Source: Oscillospiraceae bacterium (lineage in GTDB: Bacteria; Bacillota; Clostridia; Oscillospirales; Ruminococcaceae). From it: DNA of 45,576 nucleotides. Shown piece by piece: positions 28,065 to 38,243 of this stretch. Every line of letters begins with the position of its first letter. Within the stretch, counting starts at the first letter, position 1. The stretch spans positions 1 through 45,576 of the forward strand of contig JAFQMB010000142.1 in assembly GCA_017421095.1 (NCBI GenBank), in the 5' to 3' direction. The notes beneath the pieces were generated by a model. It saw only the letters and a program-made list of their open reading frames with translations. It was not told where the DNA came from and did not search any database. A program made the translations under genes and the position numbers.

Positions 28065-29657
28065 TCAGATTCCTTCGGTTTCACCGGCAGAAAAAACCTG
28101 CATCAGATAAGAAGCGGCTTTGACACCGTCCACCGCCGCACTCATAATGCCACCGGCATATCCGCAGCCCTCGCCGCAGGGATAAAGACCCGACGCCTCC
28201 AACGCCTGCATATTACCATCCCGAAGAAGTCGCAAAGGAGAAGAGGTGCGGCTTTCCACCCCGGTCAAAAGGCTGTCTGCCCCGTCAAATCCTTTTAATT
28301 TCCGGCCAAAATTGACCAGGCCCTTTTTGAGCATCTCTTCCACCCGCTTTGGGAAAAAGCCGTTAAAATCCGCATCCCGTACCCCGGGCAGGAAACTGGG
28401 CATCACCCGGCCAGTCCCCATTGGATGTCCGCTCAAAAATCCGCCCACCGTCTGACAGGGGGCCTTTCCGTCACTGCCGCCCAAAGAAAAGGCGGCCCGT
28501 TCCAATTCTTCCTGAAATGCAACACCGGCCAAAAGATCGGTTCCAAAATCCTTGCCACTAACCTCTGCCACCAGTGCGCTGTTTCCGTTTTTGCCATCTC
28601 TGGCAAAGTCGCTCATGCCGTTGGTGACCAACTGCCCCTCTGCGCTGGCAGAAGAAACCACTCGTCCCCCCGGACACATACAAAAGGTATAAACCCCCAT
28701 TTCGTTTTCCCGATAGGCCAGTTGGTAAGAGGCAGGCCCCAAACTGCCGGCATAGTCGTGTAACAAACTTTGATCCAGATCTTCTTGCAGATGCTCGATC
28801 CGCAGTCCCACAGAAAAATGCTTGGGCTCCATGGAAAGGCCGATTTCAGCCAGATGGCGAAAGAGATTCCTTGCAGAATGCCCCGGTGCCAAAATCATGG
28901 CCTCGGCAGGCAAAAAAGTCCCCTCTGCCACACAGCCGCAAAGTCTGCCGTTTTGAATTTCAATCTGCTCCAGACGGGTTTCAAAGCGAATTTCGCCCCC
29001 AAGACGCAAAATTTCCTGTCGCAGCGCCTTCACCACCGGCCGCAATTTATCGGTTCCGATATGGGGTTTCGCGGTGGTCAAAATCTCTGCCGGCGCCCCG
29101 AAGGAAACCAACTCTTCCAGCACCATTCTGCAATAAGGGTCATGGATGCGCGTGGTCAGTTTTCCGTCGGAAAAGGTGCCTGCGCCCCCCTCACCAAACT
29201 GCACATTGGCCCGTTCGTTCAATCTGCCGCCCTGCCAAAAATTTTCCACCGCGGCGACCCGTTTATCCATCTCGGCGCCCTGTTCCAACACCAGCGGCCG
29301 ATATCCGTTTCGGGCCAGCACCAGTGCCGCAAACATTCCTGCCGGGCCGAAACCCACCACCACCGGTCGGTGAAGCAGTTTTCTTCCCTTCCCGGAAGCC
29401 TTGGGCATTTCATATGCTGCCGGACGAATGGCCAGTCCCTTTTCAAAGAGTCTTTGCGCCGCCTGCTCATCCGCCACCTCTAACAACACGCTGCAAAGGA
29501 ATTTCACCTCACGGCGACGGGCATCCAAACTTTTTTTATAAATATACCCCTGCCGAACCTGGCTTTTTTTCAAACCAAGCCGGCGTATGGCAGATTCGAT
29601 TGCCCCTTCTTCCGCCTCATGGGGCAGCAAAACAATGTTTTGACAAAGAAGTTCCAA
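28065..29657 (-). CDS. FAD-dependent protein (COG2509-like NAD(FAD)-utilising dehydrogenase)
   Basis: A dinucleotide-binding VVVGFGPAGMFAALVLARNGYRPLVLEQG motif, and CPGG and GEGCGYAGGI motifs near the C-terminus. Confidence 0.8.
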   Translation of the reverse strand: MELLCQNIVLLPHEAEEGAIESAIRRLGLKKSQVRQGYIYKKSLDARRREVKFLCSVLLEVADEQAAQRLFEKGLAIRPAAYEMPKASGKGRKLLHRPVVVGFGPAGMFAALVLARNGYRPLVLEQGAEMDKRVAAVENFWQGGRLNERANVQFGEGGAGTFSDGKLTTRIHDPYCRMVLEELVSFGAPAEILTTAKPHIGTDKLRPVVKALRQEILRLGGEIRFETRLEQIEIQNGRLCGCVAEGTFLPAEAMILAPGHSARNLFRHLAEIGLSMEPKHFSVGLRIEHLQEDLDQSLLHDYAGSLGPASYQLAYRENEMGVYTFCMCPGGRVVSSASAEGQLVTNGMSDFARDGKNGNSALVAEVSGKDFGTDLLAGVAFQEELERAAFSLGGSDGKAPCQTVGGFLSGHPMGTGRVMPSFLPGVRDADFNGFFPKRVEEMLKKGLVNFGRKLKGFDGADSLLTGVESRTSSPLRLLRDGNMQALEASGLYPCGEGCGYAGGIMSAAVDGVKAASYLMQVFSAGETEGI

Positions 29658-29705
29658 TTTTGCTGCCTCCTCTGTTTTTTATAAAAGAAAACGTTTTCCT
29701 TTTTT

Positions 29706-29741
29706 GTCAAAAACGGACAGCGGAATTGCCCCTCTGTCCGT
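29706..29741 (-). terminator. terminator after cdaR
   Basis: The stem ACGGACAG/CTGTCCGT (29713-29720 and 29734-29741) has a 13-nt loop and T/A runs on both sides. Confidence 0.55.
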
Positions 29742-29754
29742 TTTTCTTCTTTCC

Positions 29755-31077
29755 TTATTCGCTGATCTGCACCGTCACCTGATATTCGCCATATGCCCAG
29801 GCCAGTTGATCCTCGATCAAAATCGTGGCAGCATAATTCCATTTTCCGCCGGTCAGACTTTTATCCAAAAAGTCCACCCGACAGAGCAGATCATCGGCAC
29901 TCAAATTCTCTAACACCGATTTGGGCCCCACAATCTCCACATTGTAAAGCACGGTGGTCAGCACATCGGCTTTCACCCCATCAGGCAGGTTCACCGTGTC
30001 AAAGCGTCTCACATTGAAGGTTTTGGTGGTCCATTCGCCGGGAGCAAAGGTCATCTGCACTGTGGGCACATTTTCCATGGAAATAAACCCGGAAGGCATA
30101 TTCAGTTCAAAGACATTTTTGAATCCCGGTTTCAAGTCCTTCAAAGAAACACTGCCCAGGTTCAGTTCGGTGATGGCATCGATTCTTGCAGCCGGACCGG
30201 CAATTTCAATCTCACTGTATTCCAACAGGTAGGGAATCTCTTTGCGCTTTTCTTCGCTGAGGCTGCCCACAAAATTCACCCGAAGGGGCACCTTTTTGGT
30301 CTTATAAACCGGCAAAACCACACTGACATCGGTTTTTTCCACCGTCAAATAGGTGGTGTCCACCTTAACGCCCTTATCATCGGTGAGCACCAGCGGCACC
30401 ACAAACTCTTCTGCCTCGGTCAGAACCGCATCGCTCTTCACCGTGGCAAGGGCCTGGGTCACCCGGGCCAGATCCTCGGAAGGACCCTGGACCATGATTT
30501 CCGTGACATTCAGTTCCGGGGGCATACAAAGCAGATCTTCGCCGATCTCAACGCTGCTGTAATCCACCTTAATGGGAACACTCTTTTTTTCCACCGTATC
30601 AAAACGGACGCTGATCCGTTCAGGGCTGATCTTCTGCACACTGACGCCATCCACTGTATAAGGCAAAACGGCATCCAGCTGAATCTCATAAATACCTGCG
30701 GCGTTGACCTTATCGATCTGCCCGGTGACGACAATTCCCGAAGAATCCTGCATCAACGTGCGAACCCCTTCCCGGTTGCCCGAAAGGGTCAAAGTGACCT
30801 CTTCAGCCGACATATTCACCACGCTCAGACCCAATTTGCTTACCGCAGTGTCGGTCAGATCAATGGTAATCGGCACGCCGGAAACACTTCCGGTAATCTG
30901 GGTAGTGGTGGCAAGGGTGATGGCCATCCAAATAACCACCGCCAAAAGGATACTCAAAAATTTCAGCCCTCTGTTCACGGTGAACAGGTGCTTCAAAAAA
31001 CTTTTGGTCTTGGCAAAATTACGGGTGAAGGGATTTTTGGCCTGCCCGCCTTTTTTCTGTTCAGCCATTTTCGCCAC
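29755..31077 (-). CDS. cdaR: YbbR-domain protein CdaR (regulator of diadenylate cyclase CdaA)
   Basis: An N-terminal TM segment followed by repeated YbbR-like beta domains. The gene overlaps the cdaA stop by 17 nt. Confidence 0.85.
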   Translation of the reverse strand: MAKMAEQKKGGQAKNPFTRNFAKTKSFLKHLFTVNRGLKFLSILLAVVIWMAITLATTTQITGSVSGVPITIDLTDTAVSKLGLSVVNMSAEEVTLTLSGNREGVRTLMQDSSGIVVTGQIDKVNAAGIYEIQLDAVLPYTVDGVSVQKISPERISVRFDTVEKKSVPIKVDYSSVEIGEDLLCMPPELNVTEIMVQGPSEDLARVTQALATVKSDAVLTEAEEFVVPLVLTDDKGVKVDTTYLTVEKTDVSVVLPVYKTKKVPLRVNFVGSLSEEKRKEIPYLLEYSEIEIAGPAARIDAITELNLGSVSLKDLKPGFKNVFELNMPSGFISMENVPTVQMTFAPGEWTTKTFNVRRFDTVNLPDGVKADVLTTVLYNVEIVGPKSVLENLSADDLLCRVDFLDKSLTGGKWNYAATILIEDQLAWAYGEYQVTVQISE

Positions 31078-31927
31078 CTCCCTGTTCGACTGTTTCTGTC
31101 TGGGAAGTCAAATAAGCCAGCAGAACCTTTTTCAGACTTTCTTTGTCAAAATCCCGTTCCAGGCGGCCGGCTCTGGCCAGGCTGATGGTGCCGGTTTCTT
31201 CCGAAACCACCACCACAAGGGCATCGGAATTTTCGCTCATCCCGATGGCGGCTCTGTGTCTGGTTCCATAATGAGCTCTGTGATCCATTCGCTGCATCAA
31301 CGGCAAAAAGCAACCGGCAGCATAGACCTTGCAATCCCGAACGATCACCGCACCGTCATGCAGCGGCGAACCGGTATAAAAAATGTTGCCCAAAAGAGAA
31401 ACACTCATGGTCGCATCCAACACGGTGCCGCTTTGAATGATATCTCCCAGTTTGGTACTGCGTTCAATCACCACCAACGCGCCGGTCTTGGTGCTGCTGA
31501 GCATCTCGGCAGCAGAGCAAAGGGTGTCAACCATACGGGTGACCTCGTCATGCTTTTCATCATTTGCCCGCATCCCCAGCTTGCCCAACACCGGGATCCG
31601 GGAAGATTGGCCCATATGTTCCAGCATCCGGCGCAATTCGGGCTGGAAAATGACCACCACAATCACGATGATATAGAAAAAGAAATTATCCAGAATGAAT
31701 TTCATGCCGGTCAGACCCATCAGCACCGTCAGCAGATAGATCGCACCCAGCACCAGGATTCCTTTGAACAACTGGGCGGCTCTTGTTTCCCGCATCAGCA
31801 TGATCAATTCATAAACCACCACGCTGATCATCAAAATATCAAGGCCGTCCCGCAAAAGATCCATATGGGAAAAAGTATACAGGATATTTTCGGCCAGATC
31901 ACGCACCGAATTCCAAAATTCTGCCAA
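31061..31927 (-). CDS. cdaA: diadenylate cyclase CdaA (DisA_N/DAC domain, three TM helices)
   Basis: GALVVIER...SPLHDGAVIV...GTRHRAAIGMSE..DALVVVVSEETGTISLA. The start is placed at the TTG at 31927 (AAAGGAGGGG 6 nt upstream) rather than the longer track ORF. Confidence 0.88.
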   Translation of the reverse strand: MAEFWNSVRDLAENILYTFSHMDLLRDGLDILMISVVVYELIMLMRETRAAQLFKGILVLGAIYLLTVLMGLTGMKFILDNFFFYIIVIVVVIFQPELRRMLEHMGQSSRIPVLGKLGMRANDEKHDEVTRMVDTLCSAAEMLSSTKTGALVVIERSTKLGDIIQSGTVLDATMSVSLLGNIFYTGSPLHDGAVIVRDCKVYAAGCFLPLMQRMDHRAHYGTRHRAAIGMSENSDALVVVVSEETGTISLARAGRLERDFDKESLKKVLLAYLTSQTETVEQGGGENG

Positions 31928-32056
31928 AAAGATCCCCTCCTTTTCCTCTGATTTTTCAGCCGAATCAAATTCTTTTGACTGATAATTTATTATAGCACGA
32001 TTCCTTTTGGAATTGCAATGCAAAAACGCCGGGATTTCAAAGGAATTTCGGCTCTT

Positions 32057-32536
32057 TTACGCCCCTTTTTCCACCAGACAGACACAAGAGGCGGCGATGC
32101 CCTCTTTTCTTCCGGTGAAACCCAGGCGCTCTTCGGTCGTGGCTTTGATATTCACCTGCCCGATGCTGCATTCCAGCGCTTTTGCCACATTCTCTCTCAT
32201 GGTTTGAATATAAGGCGCCATCTTGGGTGCCTGGGCGATGATAGTGGCATCCAGATTGTGTAACGAGTAGCCTTCTTCTCGCAAAAGACGCCAAACTCTT
32301 TGCAGCAAAACAAGACTGTCTGCCCCGGCATAGGCAGGGTCGGTATCCGGAAAATGGGTTCCGATATCCCCCAACGCCGCGGCGCCAAGCAGGGCATCAC
32401 TGATGGCGTGCAGCAAAACATCTGCATCCGAATGGCCCAAAAGCCCCATTTCATAAGGAATTTCAACACCGCCGACGATTAGTTTCCGCCCCTCGCAAAG
32501 CCGATGCACATCATATCCTTCGCCAATTCGCAGCAT
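32057..32536 (-). CDS. ispF: 2-C-methyl-D-erythritol 2,4-cyclodiphosphate synthase
   Basis: [13 protein letters not shown]...[30 protein letters not shown] is the canonical IspF signature. Confidence 0.93.
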   Translation of the reverse strand: MLRIGEGYDVHRLCEGRKLIVGGVEIPYEMGLLGHSDADVLLHAISDALLGAAALGDIGTHFPDTDPAYAGADSLVLLQRVWRLLREEGYSLHNLDATIIAQAPKMAPYIQTMRENVAKALECSIGQVNIKATTEERLGFTGRKEGIAASCVCLVEKGA

Positions 32537-32676
32537 ACTCGTTCCTCCCGCCTTTTCTTTGGCATCATTATACCTTCTTTTTTCAGGGAATGTCAATTTT
32601 CCGACCGGCTCTTTTGCAAGAAAAAACAAAATTTACAAAAAAAAGAAGGGGCACATAGCCCCTTCTTCCTCTTTGC

Positions 32677-34230
32677 TTATTTTGCGTAGTCCACCGTTCT
32701 GCTTTCGCGCACCAGATGCACCTTGATCTGACCGGGATATTCCATCTCTTTTTCGATCTTGGCGGCAATATCTCTGGCTACCAAAGGCATCTTCTCGTCG
32801 CTGATGACCTCGGGCTTGACCATAATACGCACTTCTCTGCCGGCCTGAATGGCAAAGGATTTTTCCACTCCCTGGAAAGAGTTTGCAATCTCTTCCAACT
32901 TTTGCAGCCGCTTGATATAATTTTCCACATTTTCTCTTCTGGCACCGGGACGGGCTGCGCTGATGGCATCCGCCGCCTGAACCAGACAAGCCACAACCGT
33001 TCTGGCTTCCACATCCCCGTGATGAGCGTGGATAGCATGAATCACATCCTGGCTTTCTTTGTATTTCCGGGCAACTTCCACACCCAGATTCACATGGCTG
33101 CCTTCCATTTCCTTATCCAGTGCCTTGCCGATGTCATGCAAAAGACCGGCTCTCTTTGCCACAGTGGGGTCCAGGCCCAACTCGGTGGCCATAATGCCGG
33201 CAAGATAAGCAACTTCCAGCGAATGATTAAGCACATTCTGGCCATAGCTGGTGCGATAGCGCAAACGGCCCAGAATCTTGACCAGTTCGGGATGCATCCC
33301 GATGACGCCAACCTCCATCACCGCACGTTCACCATCGTGTTTGATCTTCTGTTCCACCTCGCGGCGGGACTTTTCGATCATCTCTTCGATGCGGGCAGGA
33401 TGGATTCGGCCGTCGGTCACCAGTTTTTCCAAAGCCAGACGGGCGATTTCTCTGCGCACCGGATCAAAGCAGGAAAGGGTGATGGCTTCGGGGGTATCGT
33501 CGATGATCAGATCCACACCGGTACCGGTTTCCAAAGCCCGGATGTTTCTTCCTTCGCGGCCGATGATGCGACCCTTCATGTCATCGTTGGGCAGAGCGAC
33601 CACGCTCACAGTAGCCTCAGAAACGTGTTCGGTGCTGCAGCGCTGAATGGCCAAAGAGATGATCTCGCGGGCCTTATCGTCCGCCTCGTCTTTGGTGCGC
33701 TCTTCGAAATCGGCCAGCATAACCGCCTTTTCGTGGGTAAGTTCCTGTTCCAGAGTAGACAAAAGATGTTCCTTTGCCTGTTCCTTGGTATAGCCGGAGA
33801 TGCGCTCCAACACATCCATCTGGCTGTTCTTCAACCGTTCTGCTTCGGCGAGTTTTTCTTCCACCGCATGCAGTTTTCCGTTATAAGCCTCTTCCTTTTT
33901 CTCCAAATTATCCAGTTTTTTGTCCAGATTTTCTTCTTTTTGCTGCAGCCGTCTCTCCTGACGCTGCACATCGCTGCGCCGTTCTTTCAGTTCCTGTTCG
34001 GTTTCTTTGCGCAGTTTGATGGATTCATCCTTGGCTTCCAAAAGCAGTTCTTTTTTTCTGGTTTCGCCGGTCTTGATGGCTTCGGTTACGATGCGCTTGG
34101 CTTCGATTTCCGCACTGCCGATGGCCGCTTCGGCCTTTTTCTTCCGGTGGCTCCAGCCCATAAAGAAGCCCAAAAGGGCTCCGATGACCAGAGCACCCAC
34201 GGCGATGATTGTCCAAATCGTGTCACCCAT
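32677..34230 (-). CDS. rny: ribonuclease Y
   Basis: An N-terminal TM segment, a coiled-coil, a KH domain ([15 protein letters not shown]) and an HD domain (LLHDIGKA). Confidence 0.95.
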   Translation of the reverse strand: MGDTIWTIIAVGALVIGALLGFFMGWSHRKKKAEAAIGSAEIEAKRIVTEAIKTGETRKKELLLEAKDESIKLRKETEQELKERRSDVQRQERRLQQKEENLDKKLDNLEKKEEAYNGKLHAVEEKLAEAERLKNSQMDVLERISGYTKEQAKEHLLSTLEQELTHEKAVMLADFEERTKDEADDKAREIISLAIQRCSTEHVSEATVSVVALPNDDMKGRIIGREGRNIRALETGTGVDLIIDDTPEAITLSCFDPVRREIARLALEKLVTDGRIHPARIEEMIEKSRREVEQKIKHDGERAVMEVGVIGMHPELVKILGRLRYRTSYGQNVLNHSLEVAYLAGIMATELGLDPTVAKRAGLLHDIGKALDKEMEGSHVNLGVEVARKYKESQDVIHAIHAHHGDVEARTVVACLVQAADAISAARPGARRENVENYIKRLQKLEEIANSFQGVEKSFAIQAGREVRIMVKPEVISDEKMPLVARDIAAKIEKEMEYPGQIKVHLVRESRTVDYAK

Positions 34231-34836
34231 GGGGGGATCAACCTCCCTTTCTCGTTAAAATATGGTTTTTTCAAAGTTCCTGGTCGGGCATTTTGGTTGT
34301 TCACGGTCATTGGTTTGTTTCGGTCTGTTGATTTCGTGCATTGATGGTCATTTTGGCCCTTGCAAGAAAAAGAGCCATGCTTTTGCCCCGCTTGCCAACA
34401 AAGAGCAAACGTTTGGAGAGACGGGCAAAAGGAAAAAAGAAAATCGCAAGACAGGCGTCAAAAAACAGATAAACGCCGAAAAAATCAGATCCCTTTCGAT
34501 AAAAAAGGAAAAAAACTACAAAATGGCAGAGTATACCCAATGTATACCAACTTATTTTACTGCAACAGACGGATTCTGTCAAGAGGCAATAAAGGCGGCC
34601 GATTTTCCTTTCTGTTTTTCATTTTTTCTTTTCCCGATCGTCTGTCCTGTCCCGACGGGAGAACAGTTGTTCGCAAACCGGGAGCGATTTCTGTCAAAAA
34701 TTTCTTTATTTTTGAAATCTTTTCTCCCTATATCTGGTTTGAATTTGCCCTATTCTTGCCGTTTTTACATATTTTCCCTCGGCTTTCTTTTTAACGCATA
34801 AAATTTTAGAAAAAACTTTTTTCCCATTTTCCAATG

Positions 34837-34865
34837 TTGCAATAGGAGAATTTTTCCGATATAAT
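34837..34865 (+). promoter_or_regulatory. sigma-70 promoter of padR-degV (TTGCAA-17-TATAAT)
   Basis: TTGCAA at 34837-34842, an exactly 17-nt spacer, and TATAAT at 34860-34865. Confidence 0.6.
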
Positions 34866-34880
34866 GAATTGACAACAAAT

Positions 34881-34912
34881 GATGATCATCTGCAAAAGGC
34901 AGGATGATCATC
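34881..34912 (+). promoter_or_regulatory. candidate operator: 10-bp palindrome GATGATCATC present twice
   Basis: GATGATCATC occurs at 34881-34890 and 34903-34912, separated by 12 nt. Both copies lie 16-47 nt downstream of the -10 and upstream of the padR start. Confidence 0.5.
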
Positions 34913-34953
34913 AATATCATTGGAAACGATTTGGAAAGGTTGTGTTCCTTGTT

Positions 34954-35301
34954 ATGGCGAAAAAGGGAAGCCGAATCGACAACACCGGCATCGTCAGCAA
35001 TCTGAAAAAGGGCCTGACTGAACTTCTGGTCTTAAAACTGCTGAACGAAAAAACCATGTCTATTTATGAAATCATCAAAACATTAAAAGAACGGAGCGAG
35101 GGTGCCTGCTGCATCAGTTATCCCTATGCCGTGATCTATCGTCTGCAAAACGGCGGCTTTATCACCGATGCCGGCAAATCGGTAACCGATGATCGGCTGC
35201 GGTTTTCCTATCGAATCACCGCCTCGGGAAAAGAACGGCTGACCCAAATGCTGGCAGAATACGAGGCGTTTATGCAGGGCGTTTCCAAATTGCTGGATTG
35301 A
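34954..35301 (+). CDS. PadR-family transcriptional regulator
   Basis: LKKGLTELLVLKLLNEKTMSIYEIIKTLKERSEG...YPYAVIYRLQNGGFI is a PadR wHTH. The ATG at 34954 is chosen even though its SD is weak. Confidence 0.8.
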   Translation: MAKKGSRIDNTGIVSNLKKGLTELLVLKLLNEKTMSIYEIIKTLKERSEGACCISYPYAVIYRLQNGGFITDAGKSVTDDRLRFSYRITASGKERLTQMLAEYEAFMQGVSKLLD

Positions 35302-35484
35302 GCACATTTTTTGATACTTTTTATACCGTCTGCTGAGGCAGACGGTATTTTTTTTGACAGGCCTTCCAAAAATATATTTTATCGGGAAGTTTTCATGGAA
35401 ACCGAAAATCCTCACTTGACTTTTCGCAGTCCCTATGATATAGTATTGAAAACCAGATCAATTCTTTCGGAAGGAGAAAATCCG

Positions 35485-36372
35485 ATGGCTGACTATATTT
35501 TGAGCTGCTGTTCCACCGCGGATCTGACAAATGAGCATTTTGCGGCCCGCGATATTCACTATATCTGCTTCTCTTTTTTGCTGGACGGGATGCAATATCC
35601 CGATGATTTGGGTCGGTCGATGCCTTTTGATCGGTTTTATGCTGCCATGGCAAACGGCAGCGACACCAAAACCTCTCAGGTGAATGTGGAAGATTATATT
35701 GCCTATTTTAAAGGATTTTTGGAAGACGGCAAGGATGTTTTGCACATCGCCTTCTCCTCCGGTCTTTCAGGTTCCTGCAACTCCGCCCGCATCGCCGCCG
35801 ATGAGTTGAGAGAACAATATCCCCAACGCAAGATTCTGATTGTGGATTCTCTGGCCGCCTCTTCCGGTTACGGCCTCTTGATGGACAAACTGGCTGACCT
35901 GCGGGATGCAGGAATGAGTATGGAAGATTTGGCCGCCTGGACCGAAAACAACAAGTTGCATCTCCACCATTGGTTTTTCTCCACCGACCTCACCTTCTTT
36001 GTGAAGGGTGGAAGGGTTTCCAAAGCCTCCGGCTGGTTTGGCACCGTCTTAAAGATCTGCCCTCTTTTGAATGTGGATCTGAACGGCAAACTGATCCCCC
36101 GTTATAAAATCCGCGGCAAGGCCAAGGTGATTGAAGCCATTGTGAAGCAGATGGAAGAACACGCCGAAAACGGCACCGACTATCAAGGCAAATGCTTCCT
36201 TTCCCACTCGGCCTGCGAAGAGGATGCCAAAGCGGTGGCAGAGTTGGTGGAAAAGACCTTCCCCAAATTGGATGGCAAGGTTCAGATTTATTCCATCGGC
36301 ACCACCATCGGCAGCCACACCGGTCCCGGCACCGTCGCCCTCTTCTTCTGGGGAGACGAACGGATCGATTGA
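35485..36372 (+). CDS. DegV-family fatty-acid-binding protein
   Basis: GGAAGGAG precedes the ATG at 35485. MADYILSCCSTADL...TSQVN...SSGLSGS...DSLAASSGYG matches DegV family blocks. Confidence 0.88.
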   Translation: MADYILSCCSTADLTNEHFAARDIHYICFSFLLDGMQYPDDLGRSMPFDRFYAAMANGSDTKTSQVNVEDYIAYFKGFLEDGKDVLHIAFSSGLSGSCNSARIAADELREQYPQRKILIVDSLAASSGYGLLMDKLADLRDAGMSMEDLAAWTENNKLHLHHWFFSTDLTFFVKGGRVSKASGWFGTVLKICPLLNVDLNGKLIPRYKIRGKAKVIEAIVKQMEEHAENGTDYQGKCFLSHSACEEDAKAVAELVEKTFPKLDGKVQIYSIGTTIGSHTGPGTVALFFWGDERID

Positions 36373-36380
36373 CAGACCAA

Positions 36381-36410
36381 ACACCCCGCCACTTCGGGGT
36401 GTTTTTTCTT
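36381..36410 (+). terminator. rho-independent terminator of degV
   Basis: ACACCCCG-ccactt-CGGGGTGT followed by TTTTTT. Confidence 0.85.
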
Positions 36411-36497
36411 TTTCCGCCGACAGTAAACAAAAAGCATTTATACAATCTTGTGGGGAACATCTCTTCTCCGGAAGGCTGTGTGATGCAGGAATTTTTC

Positions 36498-36527
36498 AAA
36501 AAGAAAACCCCGTCAGCAGACGGGGTT
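36498..36527 (-). terminator. terminator of the 36539..37246 membrane-protein gene
   Basis: AACCCCGTC-agca-GACGGGGTT; on the minus strand a U-rich run follows. Confidence 0.7.
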
Positions 36528-36538
36528 CGGTTATCTTC

Positions 36539-37246
36539 TTATTCTTCCTCTTCATCGGGCAGATGAACGATGAATTTTTTCTTAGGAGCCGGCTGTTGGG
36601 GTTCTGTTTCCTTCTGGAGAACATCATTCGCCTCTTCCGCCACCCTGGGTTCTGCGGCGGCAAAAACCGGTTTTGCTTCTGCCGGGGGCAGCGAAATGGG
36701 TTTCATCACCATCAATCCCGCCCGATAAACATAAGGGGCAAAGGAAACACCCAAAACGATGGAAAGGATCATGGTCAGGGTGAACTGTTCGGGGTCCGCC
36801 CAGCGCCAAAGCACCGCAGCAGAAAGATATTGCACCACCAGGCCAAAGATCAAAAAGGCGATAAACAGACTGCCGAACACCAAAATCGAAGTGACGGTGG
36901 AAGCGATCATGGGGAAACGGCTGTTAATGAAAAACAGACAAAGGCTGATGAAACAACCGCTGATGGCAATCAAGGAAAGAGAAAAGAGCGGTGTATATTT
37001 TTTTGCCTTTCGATTCTGCTTTTCCGCCAAAAAGGCGAAATAGGCCAATTGTGCCACAGGAACGAAAGCCAAAAAGCGATTTTTTTCCTTTCTTGCGGTG
37101 GCATATTGCAGCACACCGAAAGAATAAAGCAGATACGAGGCAATGCAGACGGCGGCAATCAGATCCACCACCAAAGCAATTGCCAGGTTCACCGAATTGG
37201 TGGTCCAATCCATCATCGGATTGGCCGACAGCAAAAGGTTTCTCAT
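36539..37246 (-). CDS. hypothetical polytopic membrane protein with a Pro/Glu-rich C-terminal tail
   Basis: About 5 hydrophobic helices followed by the tail [38 protein letters not shown]...DEEEE. I recognise no family. Confidence 0.6.
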   Translation of the reverse strand: MRNLLLSANPMMDWTTNSVNLAIALVVDLIAAVCIASYLLYSFGVLQYATARKEKNRFLAFVPVAQLAYFAFLAEKQNRKAKKYTPLFSLSLIAISGCFISLCLFFINSRFPMIASTVTSILVFGSLFIAFLIFGLVVQYLSAAVLWRWADPEQFTLTMILSIVLGVSFAPYVYRAGLMVMKPISLPPAEAKPVFAAAEPRVAEEANDVLQKETEPQQPAPKKKFIVHLPDEEEE

Positions 37247-37452
37247 TGATCTTCACCCAATTTCTTAAAATTCCAACACCGATTGTGTTTTTCTGTTTTA
37301 GCGGCTGTCAGGATAAAACCACAAAACAACCCATTTTCTGTTATTATATCGTTCTTTCCGCTGTTTTGCAAGAGAAAGAAAAAATATCTTTCTACTTCGA
37401 CTGTCAAAGGAAGAGGTTTTTCCTCTCTTTTCAAGACTTTTACACAAAACAG

Positions 37453-37481
37453 GTGACAACCCAAACAAAATATGTTATAGT
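37453..37481 (+). promoter_or_regulatory. promoter of xpt (GTGACA-17-TGT-TATAGT)
   Basis: GTGACA at 37453-37458, a 17-nt spacer, and an extended -10 TGTTATAGT at 37473-37481. This leaves only a leader of about 20 nt before the RBS. Confidence 0.5.
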
Positions 37482-37506
37482 AATCGGGAAGACGGAGGTG
37501 GCATGG

Positions 37507-38094
37507 ATGAATTTTTTGGAAGAGAGAATCGCCAAAGAGGGCATTGTGAAAGAGGGAAATGTGCTGAAGGTGGACAGTTTTTTGAATCACCGGATGGATA
37601 TTGCACTGCTGGAAGAAATGGGCAAGGAATTTCACCGTCGCTTTGCAGACAAGCCCATCACCAAGGTGTTGACCATTGAAACCTCGGGCATTGCCATCGC
37701 CTATCCGGTGGCAAAGGCTTTCGGAGTGCCGCTGGTTTTCGCCAAAAAATCCGAATCTGTGAAACTTGACGGCGATGTGTATACCGCCGAAGTCGAGTCC
37801 TTCACCGAGAAGAAAAGCAATCGGGTGATCGTTTCCAAAAAATTCCTCACCTCGGAAGACCGGGTGCTGATCATCGATGATTTTCTGGCCAACGGCTGTG
37901 CGCTGCAGGGGTTGATCTCGCTGGCTTATCTGGCCGGCGCCGAGGTTTCAGGCATCGGCATCGCCATTGAAAAGGGCTTCCAGAACGGCGGCGAACGCAT
38001 CCGCAATCTGGGATATCGTCTGGAATCTTTGGCCATTGTTGAACAGATGGATGCCAAAACCGGGGAAATCACCTTCCGCCCCCAAAACGGATAA
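37507..38094 (+). CDS. xpt: xanthine phosphoribosyltransferase
   Basis: GGAGG lies 8 nt before the ATG at 37507. [11 protein letters not shown]....LKVDSFLNH and the PRPP motif [11 protein letters not shown] are present. Confidence 0.92.
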   Translation: MNFLEERIAKEGIVKEGNVLKVDSFLNHRMDIALLEEMGKEFHRRFADKPITKVLTIETSGIAIAYPVAKAFGVPLVFAKKSESVKLDGDVYTAEVESFTEKKSNRVIVSKKFLTSEDRVLIIDDFLANGCALQGLISLAYLAGAEVSGIGIAIEKGFQNGGERIRNLGYRLESLAIVEQMDAKTGEITFRPQNG

Positions 38095-38136
38095 GTTTTC
38101 TGAAAGCAGAGAAAAACTTCAGGGAAAAACAGAAAC

Positions 38137-38171
38137 AACCAGCCCGCCGAATGGCGGGCTGGTTTCTTTTT
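38137..38171. terminator. strong terminator after xpt, also facing the convergent anti-sigma gene
   Basis: A 12-bp stem AACCAGCCCGCC-gaat-GGCGGGCTGGTT followed by TCTTTTT, with an A-rich run upstream. Confidence 0.85.
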
Positions 38172-38243
38172 GCGATATTTTCAAGAGAGGTAATGCCCTT
38201 TTGGGAAACAAGCAAACGAACATATTTTGCAAGCAGCGGCAGA

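Noticed and set aside
37247-37506. A purine (guanine) riboswitch was expected upstream of xpt.
   Set aside because: I looked for the conserved core (UAUAAU junction, GGAUAUGG loop, UUUCUACC, CCGUAAA, GACUAUG) and found only a chance TTTCTACT. The best promoter candidate leaves a leader of about 20 nt, too short for an aptamer.
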